Origin: Acidobacteriota bacterium
Lineage (GTDB): Bacteria; Acidobacteriota; Terriglobia; Versatilivoradales; Versatilivoraceae
Direction of reading: 5' to 3'
DNA length: 64,000 bases
Assembly: GCA_022616615.1 (NCBI GenBank)
Contig: JAKEER010000513.1
Coordinates: forward strand, 59,300-123,299
The position numbers and the translations under genes are program-made. Below the pieces are notes generated by a model. That model was not told the DNA's origin. It was given only the letters and a program-made list of their open reading frames with translations, and ran no database searches. Positions 1 to 10,900 of the stretch are shown in pieces. The number at the start of each line of letters is the position of its first letter. The first letter of the stretch is position 1.

Positions 1-360
1 GTGGCTGTTGAGCTTTTCCAATTCCCGTTCAAACTCAAGAAGGTCATTCAGCTTCAGATTGGGAACAGCTCTACGAACGGCAAGGCTTTCCAGGGCTTTT
101 CGTATCTCATAGATCTCTTCCACATCGTCCGCTGTGAACGCGACTACCTTCGCCCCTTGATTTTTCACACGGTTGACTAAGCCATCCCGCTCCAATGCAA
201 ACAAAACCTCTCGAATGGGAGTGCGGCTAACGTCGTGCGCAGATGCCAGGTCTTCTTCGACCAGCCTCGACCCAGGTGGATATTCGCCACTAATGATCTT
301 ACCGAGAATCTCCGCATACAAATGGGAGCGAAATTGTTCGATCTGGTGGTCCTCTTTCAC
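1..360 (-). CDS. GntR-family (FadR/FCD subfamily) transcriptional regulator, 3' end runs off window
   Basis: Manual translation from GTG at 360: MKEDHQIEQFRSHLYAEILGKIISGEYPPGSRLVEEDLASAHDVSRTPIREVLFALERDGLV...EEIYEIRKALE. GntR wHTH (VSRTPIRE) followed by the start of an FCD domain. Missing from the ORF track because it has no stop in the window. Confidence 0.93.
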   Translation of the reverse strand, partial: MKEDHQIEQFRSHLYAEILGKIISGEYPPGSRLVEEDLASAHDVSRTPIREVLFALERDGLVNRVKNQGAKVVAFTADDVEEIYEIRKALESLAVRRAVPNLKLNDLLEFERELEKLNSH

Positions 361-493
361 AGGTAGGAACTGTATACGATGCTAATCACACTGTCCAACA
401 AAAATTGTTGACAACCTTCTAATGCAAAGGATCAGAGCCTGCACTACCGTCTCCGTCTCTCAATAAGGACTTCCAGATTGTTGAGTTTCGTAG

Positions 494-537
494 TTGACAA
501 GAAATGTTCGAGGAGTACAATCAATAATTGTATACAA
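494..537 (+). promoter_or_regulatory. sigma70 promoter with GntR-type operator for the TPR operon
   Basis: TTGACA 494-499, 16-nt spacer, TACAAT 516-521, perfect palindrome TTGTATACAA 528-537. A further TTGTTGACAA lies at 405-414. Confidence 0.7.
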
Positions 538-693
538 ACAGGTAACAGGGATGGGGTTGCCAATGAGGTCAGGACAGGAGGCATTCGTGGCCTTGTTGAG
601 GTGCGACAAGAAAGTTTTGAAAGGTAAACCTATGTGATGATACTCCGGTAGATAGATGGTCACCATGGTGTAGATTCCAATTGGAGTGGGAGT

Positions 694-3600
694 ATGTCAA
701 AGCACCTGTGTTCCTCACTAGTGGGGTTGCTGTTTCTGACCATATGGGGTGGAGCACAGGTGTTTTTTGTTGCCATGGCGGAAGCGCCAGGCAAATTAGT
801 TTTAGCTCAGGAACACGAGCGCCAAGCCTACCTTCAACTCAAGGCCAAAAACCTTAGGGGCGCCATTCAGGAGTTCCGGTCGGCCCTGATGCTTAATCCT
901 GGTTCGTTGCCAGCCCATGTGGGGTTAGGTGTTGCCTTGCGCGAGACTGGCGACGTAATCGGTTCAATTTCCGAATTTCATATGGCCTTACAGTTGAACC
1001 CTAATGATTTCGAAGCTCATTACAATTTAGCTCTCACCTATGGCCAAAAAGGCGACTTGGAAAATTCGAAAGCCAAGCTCTTGCGAGCGCTCGAGATCAA
1101 GCCAGAGAGTGCTGAAGCTCATCATCACCTTGGGGTATTGCTAGCTGGCTGGCCGCAAAGAGAAGATTATCAAGCGGCTAGTGCGGAGTTTAAAAAGGCT
1201 ATTAAGTATAAGCCCAATTTTCCTGAAGCCCATAAGAACCTGGCTATTGCCTTGGCGGCTCTAGGGGATCGCGATGGCTCCCTGGCGGAGTTCAAGTCTG
1301 CTCTTGAACTGAATCCCAACTATCCGGAAGCGTACTATTCGATGGGTCTTGTGCTGAAGCAGAAGGGGGCATCGGATGAGGCCATCGAAGCCTTCCGTTT
1401 TGCATTGAAGCATAAGCGGGATTATGCCGAGGCCCGCCTCCAGCTCGGTCTTTTGCTGATGAGAAGGAAAGAGTTGGATCAGTCTATTGTGGAGCTTCGC
1501 AAGGCCACTGAGCTCAAACCTGATTTCCGGGAGGCCTACAACGTTCTAGGGCAGGCACTCGCCCTTAAGGGCGATGCCGAGGCCGCCAGGATTGAAATCC
1601 AAAAATCAGAGCTCCTGCGTCAGCATGCGGAGAGAGCGACCGAGGCCAGGCACCTGAGTAATGCCGGCGTGGAATTATTGCAGAAAATGCAATTGGAAGA
1701 AGCCGAGGCCAAGATGCGGAAGGCCGCGGAGCTAGATCCCGACTCTCCCATTGCCCGCTACAATCTTGGTCTCGTATTGGCTGCCAAAGGCGATTTCAAA
1801 ACGGCTATTCCTGAATTCCGCAAGGCGTCGAAGCATCAGCCTGAAAATCCAAAGATCTACCTCAACCTAGGGCGTGCCTTGGAACTGAATGGAGATTTGG
1901 AAGCGGCCATGGGTGAATATGAGCAGGCTCTTCGATTGCGGCCGGATTACAGAGAGGCTCGCAAAGCCCTGGAAGACATTTCGGCCAAGCAGAAAGAAGA
2001 GTCTCGCTCCAGACATCCCAAGCAGTCGAGTAAAAGGCATTTGGACGTGTTTCGAGAGGGCACTGAGAAGGAGCTTAAGACGGCTGAGATGCTGCGAAAG
2101 GCACAACTGGAGCGTGACAGAGCGCGGGTACATAACAATCAAGCTTTGGAGTTGTGGGAAAAGGGAGATATTGAAGGGTCTATTCGACAGTACCGGCACT
2201 CGCTCAGCAGGGATCCGACGGATGCTTTAGTCCACTACAACCTGGCCTTGGCGCTACAGCGGAAGCAGGATTTGGATGGAGCGCTGCTAGAGTTGCAAAT
2301 GGCCCTCCATCATAAGCCGAACTTTGCCGAAGCCCACAATGATCTTGGTTTACTGCTACAAGGAAAAGGCGAATTGCAGAGCGCTGTGGATCACTTCCGT
2401 TCGGCTCTTTCCTTGAAGCCTGATTTCGTCGAGGCCAATTACAATCTGGGAGCATCGCTCATGCAGCAGGACAATCATCAGGATGCCGAGATGGCCCTGC
2501 GCAATGCGCTAACTCTGAAGCCGAATTATGCCCAGGCTCACTATGCCTTGGCGCTCACCTTGGACGTAAAGGGGAGATCAGAAGAAGCGGAATCCGAGTT
2601 TCGACAGGCGCTAACGCTAAAGCCGAGTTTTGCTGAGGCACATTACGGTCTCGGCAAGTTGCTTCGTCGACTGAATCAGTATGACGCGGCTCTCCAAGAG
2701 TTGCAGGCAGCGGTGAGGCTTCGGCCCAACCACGCAGAGGCGCATGTTGAGTTGGCTCAGACGCTGGAACGAGTTGGCCGGCTGGAGGCGGCCGTGTTTG
2801 AATTTCGCGAGGCTGCCCGGCTCAATCCAAATTCCCCTGAAGTTCGCTATCTTCTTGGGAGAACCCTTAGAAAGGCAGGCGAAGAGGCATCAGCGGCGGC
2901 TGAATTTCGCGAGTCAGAGCGTCTTCGCCAACAATCACGAAACCGGATTGAAACTCTGAAGCACAAGGACCTGGGAATTGAGTATCTGCAGAAAGGCGAT
3001 TTCGAAAGAGCAATCCTGGAATTGCGGGATGCAGTCAAACTTGAGCCCAGGGATGCCGACGCTCACTATAATCTGGGATTGGGGTTAAGGCAGATTGGGA
3101 ATGCAGTGGACGCCAAAAATGCGTTTCAACTGGCCGTACGGCTCAAAGACGACTTTGCCGAGGCACACAACAATTTAGGAGTCGTCCTTGCCCAACAGGG
3201 GAACGTAGAAGAGGCAACACGAGAGTTTCAGAGAGCAGTCCAGCTGAAACCAAGCTATGCGGAAGCTCACCATAACTTAGGTGCCTTGCTTTCCGGAACA
3301 GGCGATCTTAAACGCGCCATTGTAGCGCTCCAAGAAGCCGTCAGCCTAAGACCCGTTTATGCTGAAGCCCATTTGAATCTAGGATTAGCCTATGGTCGGA
3401 GTGGGAATCTGGAAAACGCGATCGACCAGTTCCGACTGGCGGTGCAGCAGCAGCCTGACTACCTGGAAGCCCGTTTTAACTTGGGCCTCGCGCTGGCTGG
3501 AAGTTCTTCTTATGAGGCGGCTGCCTCTGAGTTGAAGAAGGTTCTTGCTGTGAAGCCGGATCATGGTGAAGCTCGATATTTCCTAGGTCGCGTGATGAGA

Positions 3601-3876
3601 GATCAGGGAGATGAGCCAAGTGCGATCAGGGAGCTGAAGGAAGCAGTTCGGATCATGCCTCATCACGTGGATTCTCACTTTTTGTTGGCGCTTGCGCTTG
3701 AGTCCTCAGGTGAGGGCGCGCGCGCACTCAGTCATCTTCGGCGCGTGTTGGAACTCAATCCCGATCATGTTGAAGCAGGGCAGGAACTCGAACGGCTTCT
3801 CAAAAAGTCTCCAGAGTCCTTAGGATCGGAGTCACAGCGGACTGCTACTCAGGCCAATCCCGAATCGGCGCCTTGA
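694..3876 (+). CDS. Large exported tetratricopeptide-repeat protein (1060 aa)
   Basis: Hydrophobic N-terminal signal, then more than 20 canonical TPR units (e.g. AEAHYNLG..L, A..L.P.YAEA). Confidence 0.92.
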   Translation: MSKHLCSSLVGLLFLTIWGGAQVFFVAMAEAPGKLVLAQEHERQAYLQLKAKNLRGAIQEFRSALMLNPGSLPAHVGLGVALRETGDVIGSISEFHMALQLNPNDFEAHYNLALTYGQKGDLENSKAKLLRALEIKPESAEAHHHLGVLLAGWPQREDYQAASAEFKKAIKYKPNFPEAHKNLAIALAALGDRDGSLAEFKSALELNPNYPEAYYSMGLVLKQKGASDEAIEAFRFALKHKRDYAEARLQLGLLLMRRKELDQSIVELRKATELKPDFREAYNVLGQALALKGDAEAARIEIQKSELLRQHAERATEARHLSNAGVELLQKMQLEEAEAKMRKAAELDPDSPIARYNLGLVLAAKGDFKTAIPEFRKASKHQPENPKIYLNLGRALELNGDLEAAMGEYEQALRLRPDYREARKALEDISAKQKEESRSRHPKQSSKRHLDVFREGTEKELKTAEMLRKAQLERDRARVHNNQALELWEKGDIEGSIRQYRHSLSRDPTDALVHYNLALALQRKQDLDGALLELQMALHHKPNFAEAHNDLGLLLQGKGELQSAVDHFRSALSLKPDFVEANYNLGASLMQQDNHQDAEMALRNALTLKPNYAQAHYALALTLDVKGRSEEAESEFRQALTLKPSFAEAHYGLGKLLRRLNQYDAALQELQAAVRLRPNHAEAHVELAQTLERVGRLEAAVFEFREAARLNPNSPEVRYLLGRTLRKAGEEASAAAEFRESERLRQQSRNRIETLKHKDLGIEYLQKGDFERAILELRDAVKLEPRDADAHYNLGLGLRQIGNAVDAKNAFQLAVRLKDDFAEAHNNLGVVLAQQGNVEEATREFQRAVQLKPSYAEAHHNLGALLSGTGDLKRAIVALQEAVSLRPVYAEAHLNLGLAYGRSGNLENAIDQFRLAVQQQPDYLEARFNLGLALAGSSSYEAAASELKKVLAVKPDHGEARYFLGRVMRDQGDEPSAIRELKEAVRIMPHHVDSHFLLALALESSGEGARALSHLRRVLELNPDHVEAGQELERLLKKSPESLGSESQRTATQANPESAP

Positions 3877-3882
3877 TTCTCA

Positions 3883-5820
3883 GTGGCATCCTCACCTTCA
3901 TCACTACTCGCCAAGGATCTGGTGGAGCATGCATCTGTGCCGCCAGGATCGTCAAGACATCGATTTCTGGTTTCTCTTCTGAATAGAACTCTGGTGCGAA
4001 CAGTAATTCCGAGTTTTCTGCTATTGGTCGGTGTTCTCGCCTTGACTGTGGGCGGTGCACGAGATTCTCGCTCCATCGAGGATCTGCGGAAAGCGGAGTC
4101 AGCTCTAAATCAGACGCGTCTGGATGAAGCTCTAACGCTTTGCCTCCAAGTCATCGAGAGGGATTCTAAGTATGCACCCGCTTATTACCTTCTAGGAACC
4201 ATTTACGAGCAACAGGGTTCCAAGGAGTCTGCAAAGCAAGCATTACTGAAGGCGCTCAAGCTCGATCCTGGGCATTTGGCTAGCCATCTTAAACTCGGTA
4301 CCATTCACCTCCAGGAAGGCGACTTCAGCTCGGCAGCCAAAGCTTTGCAGACAGCCGCTACGCTCGGCGATGCGTCAGGGGCAAGCCAATACGGCCTGGG
4401 GCTCATCTTAGTTTCGAAGTCGAAATATGCACAGGCACGCCCACTTCTGCTTGCGGCGGTCAGAACCGATCCCAAAAACGCAGAAAAACTCTTTGCGTTG
4501 ATAGCGGTTGAACTTCAGTTAAAGCAACGAACCAAGGCACGCACCCATTCCCTTCAGCTGGCAAGACTTCACTCAGGCAATCCTTGGGTCCTGTATCGGC
4601 TTGGTATTTTGTTCATACAGCATCAGATGCTTGATGACGCGCAGGCACAACTCGAAAGGGCAGCGACCTTGTTGTCAGGAACGACTGACCTGAAGGGCGT
4701 GCAGCTGTCGGACCTATACTTGCAGCTTGCCCAAATCCGATTGACGCGACAGGACAATTTTGCTGCGCTTCAATATCTGGAAAAGATCGACATTAGCAAA
4801 CTGAGTCCAGAGTTGCAGCCGGCAACACTGGACCTACAGGGCACTGCGCTCCTGGCCTTAGGAAGAGTGGCCGAAGCTCGATCAAAACATCAACAAGCCG
4901 CGCAATTTGACTCCTCTCAGAGCGAGCACTGGGAGCACTGGATTTGGACCGAATTGTTGACCGGTCGAACAACAAAAGCCAGCAGTCTAGCCGCTGAAGC
5001 GAAGAAAAAGTGGCCCCGGTCACTACCAATCCAGAAACTGGCGTCCTTGGTTGAGCGCGAACATTCTTCAGAACGAGCCCATGTGCCTTTCTCGGACGAA
5101 TGGCACGTGAAGGGGGAAGGGTTGGTTTGTTGTCCTTGTGCTGTGCCGTGTCCCTGCCGGTCTAATGGACCACCGACGGCGGGGCACTGCGAGAACGTGG
5201 GGACGTTCCGCATCGAAACAGGCCACTATGGGTCAGTAACCCTCGACGGTCTCACCTTCGCTTCAGCGGGCTGCACGATGGGCTCACAGGTGGCACCCTC
5301 CGTTCTCTATGTCAATCGAGAAACCAATGATGACCAGATCATCGCATTGGAACGTCTTTATCAGTCTTTTTTGCCGCTCCGACCCATCCTGTTTTCCGAG
5401 GTCAGGCGCAAAGAAATCTTGTTTGCAAAAGGAAATGACGGAAAAGCCTACGAAGTAACCATCCCGGGCAGTTTGGAAATCAAGATTTTGCGTCAAACAG
5501 ATGACCAAGGGCGACCTCTTTTTCAGACGGCAGCTGTAGATTACTTTTCAAACACTATTGAGTATGCCAAGAACGTCGTCTACAGGGTGTTCGATGAAGA
5601 GTTGCAACTTCGATGGGACTTCAGTCGCCGACAGGCCAACTTTAGGGTGTTCGATTTGCAGTCTAAAATGTACAAGCAAGGAATGATGCTGGTGCAATAC
5701 TCGGATGGATCCGGCTCATTTAACAAGAGACAGCAGGAACTGATTCAGGCTTGGAGGCTTCCAGTCTTGCACCCGGTGCCTCGATCCAGCAGACCAATCA
5801 ATCAGTCGCCAAGGCGCTGA
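3883..5820 (+). CDS. TPR protein fused to a C-terminal DUF1326-like Cys-rich domain
   Basis: N-terminal TM/signal segment and TPRs, then VKGEGLVCCPCAVPCPCRSNGPPTAGHCE...IETGHYGSVTLDGL, which matches the DUF1326 pattern. Confidence 0.8.
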   Translation: MASSPSSLLAKDLVEHASVPPGSSRHRFLVSLLNRTLVRTVIPSFLLLVGVLALTVGGARDSRSIEDLRKAESALNQTRLDEALTLCLQVIERDSKYAPAYYLLGTIYEQQGSKESAKQALLKALKLDPGHLASHLKLGTIHLQEGDFSSAAKALQTAATLGDASGASQYGLGLILVSKSKYAQARPLLLAAVRTDPKNAEKLFALIAVELQLKQRTKARTHSLQLARLHSGNPWVLYRLGILFIQHQMLDDAQAQLERAATLLSGTTDLKGVQLSDLYLQLAQIRLTRQDNFAALQYLEKIDISKLSPELQPATLDLQGTALLALGRVAEARSKHQQAAQFDSSQSEHWEHWIWTELLTGRTTKASSLAAEAKKKWPRSLPIQKLASLVEREHSSERAHVPFSDEWHVKGEGLVCCPCAVPCPCRSNGPPTAGHCENVGTFRIETGHYGSVTLDGLTFASAGCTMGSQVAPSVLYVNRETNDDQIIALERLYQSFLPLRPILFSEVRRKEILFAKGNDGKAYEVTIPGSLEIKILRQTDDQGRPLFQTAAVDYFSNTIEYAKNVVYRVFDEELQLRWDFSRRQANFRVFDLQSKMYKQGMMLVQYSDGSGSFNKRQQELIQAWRLPVLHPVPRSSRPINQSPRR

Positions 5821-5934
5821 GTGTTCCGAGCGGCTCAGCGCTTTGTCCACGACACGGGCTAGACCCTTCGTCAGAATGCTGTCGCGACGCGCATTATCTG
5901 AACGACTCACTTCGAAAATGGTAGCGGGTGCAGC

Positions 5935-7050
5935 ATGAACCAGTTTTGCAATGGACAGAATGCAAAGCTCATTGATCGGCGTGCTTTTTGCACGTCTTTA
6001 GCTATGTTGTCGGTTTGGCATCAGCCTGCTCTAAGAGCTTCAAGAATTCCGTCGTCTGTTCACCCGCAGATTGAGGAGTTCGATTTTGCAGCTCTTCGCG
6101 GGCCAGAGACTCCCAGAGGAGAGTTTTTTGTTCGAAATCATTTTGCCGTACCCAGCCTGAACCAGCGAAATTGGCGACTCAAAGTTACTGGCTGCGTCAA
6201 GATCCCGCTCGAGCTGGATTTTGCCGGTCTTGTGCGTGAAGGGAGCAAAACGATATCTGTGACGCTGGAATGCGCAGGCAATGCAGTTGGGGGAGGGGCG
6301 GTAAGCACCGCACGTTGGACGGGCGTTCCACTGGAGAGGCTGCTAAAGCGAGCTGGCTTGTGTTCGGGGGTTAAATGTGTGCGGCTGGTCGGTGCGGATC
6401 GCGGCGTCGAGGATCTAGGCAGAGCGCCAGTCTTCTATATGAGGAGTCTCCCGGTAGAAAAAGCCCTGCATCCGGACACTCTTCTTGCGTATCAAATGAA
6501 TGGTGACCAGCTCCCGGTGGAGCATGGCTTTCCGCTTCGGGCGGTCGTTCCGGGATGGTACGCCATGGATTCTGTAAAGTGGCTCGTTCATATCCAAGCT
6601 CTTGATCATGAAGATAAGAATATCTTCATGACTGAGCGTTATATTTCCACTCAATGGCGCAGCCTGGGCTCTGAACGGCAGCCCATAAACAAGATGCGAG
6701 TGAAATCCCAGATTGCGCGACCCCACGAAGGTGAACTCATTGAGAGAGGTCCATATATTATTCGTGGAGCGGCATGGGCTGGTGAGAACAGAGTTACTCA
6801 AGTGCAGGTCAGCGTCGACGAAGGCAAAGAGTGGCGTCCTGCCGAGCTGGAAGAAGAGGGTCGGGCATACAAATGGGTGCTTTGGAAATATCCTTGGTCA
6901 ACGCAAAGACCAGGTTCGCATGCTGTAATGGTGCGTGCGTTTGATGATAGGGGGAACGAACAGCCCTTGTCCCGGGATTCACATCGTCTTGATGGTTATG
7001 AGTTAAACTGGGTTCACTCTGTTCGTTGCAGAGTGAAACAAAGTCCGTGA
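5935..7050 (+). CDS. Sulfite oxidase-family molybdopterin oxidoreductase, Tat-exported
   Basis: Tat-like RRAFC, FFVRNH, Mo-ligand LECAGN, HGFPLRAVVPGWYAMDSVKW, C-terminal Mo-co dimerisation domain. Confidence 0.92.
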   Translation: MNQFCNGQNAKLIDRRAFCTSLAMLSVWHQPALRASRIPSSVHPQIEEFDFAALRGPETPRGEFFVRNHFAVPSLNQRNWRLKVTGCVKIPLELDFAGLVREGSKTISVTLECAGNAVGGGAVSTARWTGVPLERLLKRAGLCSGVKCVRLVGADRGVEDLGRAPVFYMRSLPVEKALHPDTLLAYQMNGDQLPVEHGFPLRAVVPGWYAMDSVKWLVHIQALDHEDKNIFMTERYISTQWRSLGSERQPINKMRVKSQIARPHEGELIERGPYIIRGAAWAGENRVTQVQVSVDEGKEWRPAELEEEGRAYKWVLWKYPWSTQRPGSHAVMVRAFDDRGNEQPLSRDSHRLDGYELNWVHSVRCRVKQSP

Positions 7051-7824
7051 TCACGGATTCCGCGTGCGTTATACAAGGGGTTTGGTGGACGGTTCTCAGG
7101 TCCACCAGCCGACTGTCACAGGTATCCGCTGGCTTGAAGAATCGGACCCAAGTAAAACCGGGCGGGTGAGGATAAGGTCTCAGGCTTGCCTTGATGAACG
7201 ACAGGCCGATTCAGCAATCTGGTTACGTATTTTCGGCGATCTCAGCATAAGTCTGGAACGTAAGATCTCAGGGGCTGTTCCTTCAAGCGTGCGCTGTATC
7301 GCTCGTTCCACCTGCTTACTATTAGGCCGTAACCTGCGTCAGTGTATTTGAAATGAAGCACTAAGCTAAGCAACTTTAAACCCGCATCGAACTGGAGCTA
7401 GTCGAGATACCCACTGCAGGGAATTTGGTACCGGTAAACCTAGAACCAAAAAACATTCCAGAGGCGGTGCCGTGACCTCATCATTCATCGAAGTCGAAAC
7501 CGCGCTTCGACGGGCTGGTGCCGGAGTTCGGCTGATGCGGTGCGGTGCGATCGCCGGTGGTTTTGGAGTCCGTATATAATCCCCGAAGTACAAAATCAAT
7601 TTGTATGCAATAGGGCAAAACCAGCAACCCTAAGAGGACATCGCGATGCTGCGATCCGATCTATGGCTACGGCACAGGGTCTGACTTGGCGCTCCGGCAA
7701 ATCTCATCTCAATCATTGCGTTCAGTTCTGTAATAAACTATGAAATAAAGCCTTACAAACACTCTAGAAGGTCGAACACGTTGGAGATAGATTTGCTGTT
7801 AGCCCCGACGGCATGATTTTCTCC

Positions 7825-7870
7825 TTGACAAGGGACACCGTTAATGTAGACTTCGCACAATTGTATACAA
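7825..7870 (+). promoter_or_regulatory. sigma70 promoter with GntR-type operator for the TonB receptor
   Basis: TTGACA 7825-7830, 16-nt spacer, TAGACT 7847-7852, TTGTATACAA 7861-7870. Same layout as 494-537. Confidence 0.7.
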
Positions 7871-7950
7871 ATTCTGAGTCGACGTTCAGTAGAGATAGCC
7901 GAAGGCACAGAACCCAGTCATCAGCCCGTGACACGAGAAAGGAGATTCTC

Positions 7951-10900
7951 ATGGTTCCGAATCTGACATTCAAGCGCATGTTGTTTCTCGCTGGAGCCTT
8001 GTTTGTTTTGCTGGTGTGTGTTCAGGAACCCAGCCAGGCGCAAGTGACCACTACAGCCACCTTGACCGGAACGGTTACGGATCCCCAGGACAAGGCAATG
8101 CCGCAAGCACAGATAGTGGCAAAGAACATGGGAACGGGTCTCGAGTATAAAGCAGCTACAAACACCCAAGGCGAATATCGACTTTTCAATCTTCCCCCCG
8201 GTCTGTACACCGTGTCGGCAATAGCCGAAGGGTTTAAGGTTGCGGTGGTGAACAATATCACTCTGACCGTCAACCAGTCTTCGACGCAAAACTTTACACC
8301 GGAGGTGGGCGAGGTTACTCAGACGGTAGAGGTTACTGGAGCTGCGCCTCTGCTGCAAACGGGCGGCGCCACCCTGGGTACTATCATTGACACTCGCAAG
8401 GTAGTGGACCTGCCGCTCAATGGGCGACAATTTACAGAGTTGTTGCTGCTTGTGCCAGGTGCGAGCCCTATCGATCAGAAACAAGATACGATTCCAGGCA
8501 TTGGAAGCACTAGAAGCCAGTTATCGGGTAACACGGTTATTCCCCCTATTAATGGCCGCCCATCTCGAGCCAACCTTTTTTATGTTGATGGGATTATCGA
8601 CACCGAAACTTTCTTTACCGGTTTTGCGGTCTCTCCCTCGGTGGACATTATTCAAGAATTCAACGTCGAAACCAACAATGACCAGGCATCGTCAGGCCTG
8701 GTGACGGGTGGTGTCGTGAACGCAGTCACCAAGTCGGGCACGTCACAGTTGCATGGCACCTTGTACGAGTTCAATCGAAATAAGGCAGTCGAGGCGAGAA
8801 ATTTTTTTGATCCAACTAACCGGCCGAATTTTAATCAAAACCAATTTGGAGGCACTGTGGGAGGTCCTGTCCCGCATCTGCACGACACGTGGTATTTTGG
8901 CGGATACGAGGGATTCCGCTTTGTCCGTGGCGGAAATTCTCAGACACGAGTCCCCTTTGCGGACGAGAGGAATGGGAACTTCGCTTCTTGGCTTGGGCCT
9001 CAAGAGGGCACTGACGCTCTCGGCCGGCCGGTTTTTAGATTTCAAATCTTTAACCCTTATACTGCGCGGCAGACGACGGCTGGTCAGGTTGATCCCCTGA
9101 CGCGTTTGGTGGCAACAAGGACCGGGTTTGTGCGCGAGCCTTTTGCCGGCAACATCGTTCCCAGGAATTTGTGGAATCCGATCGTGGCATACATGAGATG
9201 GCTTCCTGAGCCGAATCTGGCAGGGCAGCCTGGTACCGCTCTCCCTAACTTCATAAACACCCAGTCGGCAAGACTGGACCAGGATGCATTCAACATAAGA
9301 TTGGATCATCGATTCGGTCCGAGCGACATGGTCTACGGCAGATATCTCTCTAACAACTCGACAAGCTTTACTCCAGGCGCAATCCCCACAGGTCCCAGCG
9401 TTGGTGAACGAAACGTGCGAAACGTGGGGGTTCACTGGCTTCACAGCTTCTCTCCTACGTTGGTAATGGATCTTACGGCGGGCTTTCAGCAAGCGAGGAA
9501 TCCGGGATTCGTTCAGCAACCTGCGGATAAGGAACAGATGTTCAAGGACGTGGGTTTTGGCATGCCGGATGGAGCTTTTTTCCTGGGCGCTGGAGGCTTA
9601 ATGCCCCAAATGCCGAGTGTCGGAACTGGGTTCGGCTCGGTAGGATCTTCTTCGGGTTCCAACCTCGACCCAGAAAGGATAACTCAACTCTCGGGGGACA
9701 TAACTAAGAACGTCGGCCGGCATACGTTAAAGGGGGGCGGCATTTGGTTCCACAGCCGATCAAACGCTATTAACGGTTGTCCCGCTGTGAGTTTTAGCAA
9801 CTTACAGACAGGTGATCCGAGCAACATCGCCAATACCGGGTTGGCTTTTGCCTCCTTCTTGTTGGGTGATCCAAGCGGTGGGCGGATCTACGCCGGTGAC
9901 CAGGGAACCATCATGAGCATGGATATAGTGGGATTCTACGCACAGGATTCATTCCGAGTGACCCCCAAGCTTACGCTCAATTACGGACTACGCTGGGATC
10001 ACTCAACTCCTCCGGTGGAGAAAAAGGACCGGCTCGCCGGATTCGATTGGGACACGGGTTTATATGTCATCTCCGGCACCACTCCCCCACCGGATTGTGC
10101 CGTGACCAGGGCCGCGCCGTGCATTCCCGGCGGCGTGCTTCCGGCAAACGTCGTCATGGCCGGAAAGCGTGGTGATACAGATCCTGTTTATGACAACTGG
10201 CAACCGAGGTTGGGCTTGGCATATCAACTTAATGACCGAACCGTGGTTCGCCTGGGTACAGGAACCAATTTCGATAACTGGGCTTTCCTTCTGCAGAACG
10301 CACAGGATCTGCGAGGGAATTGGCCTTTTGGGCTCAATCGGGTTCCTCAACCGGATCTTAATCTAACGTTCTTTACAAATGACGCACAACACTTGGTTTC
10401 AGGAGCCGGCATAATTCCTCCGCCCACTCCGTTTATTGCTGGCAGTCGGGTTAACAGCTCCAAAGCCAAAAATGCCTATGTAACACGATGGAATCTCGAT
10501 GTTCAGCGGCAGGTCACAAATTCCCTCACGCTCGATGTTGCGTACGTAGGGAGCAGGGGGAGGCGAACCTATACGGGGTTTATACAAAACACTGCACTCA
10601 CCCCTGGGCCTGGCCTCCCTATAAGCACCCGGGTGCCATTCCCGCTGTTGAGGGTCGGTGCAAACGGCGGACGTACAATCGGCTACTCTTGGTATGACGC
10701 CCTCCAAGTCAAAGCGCAGCAGCATTTGAGCCGCGGACTGAGCTTTTTAGTGTCTTACACGTGGTCGAAGTCACTAGACACCGGCTGCTCGGGGTTCGCG
10801 GGGATTGAGGGATGCTCGATTTCGAATCCTTACAATATCCGTGGTGAAAAGTCAGTTTCGAGTTTTGACCTTCCGCATATGCTTGCGGTAAGTTGGCTGT

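Noticed and set aside
7083-7107. Hairpin TGGTGGAC/GTCCACCA as an intrinsic terminator
   Set aside because: No U-tract follows on the + strand.
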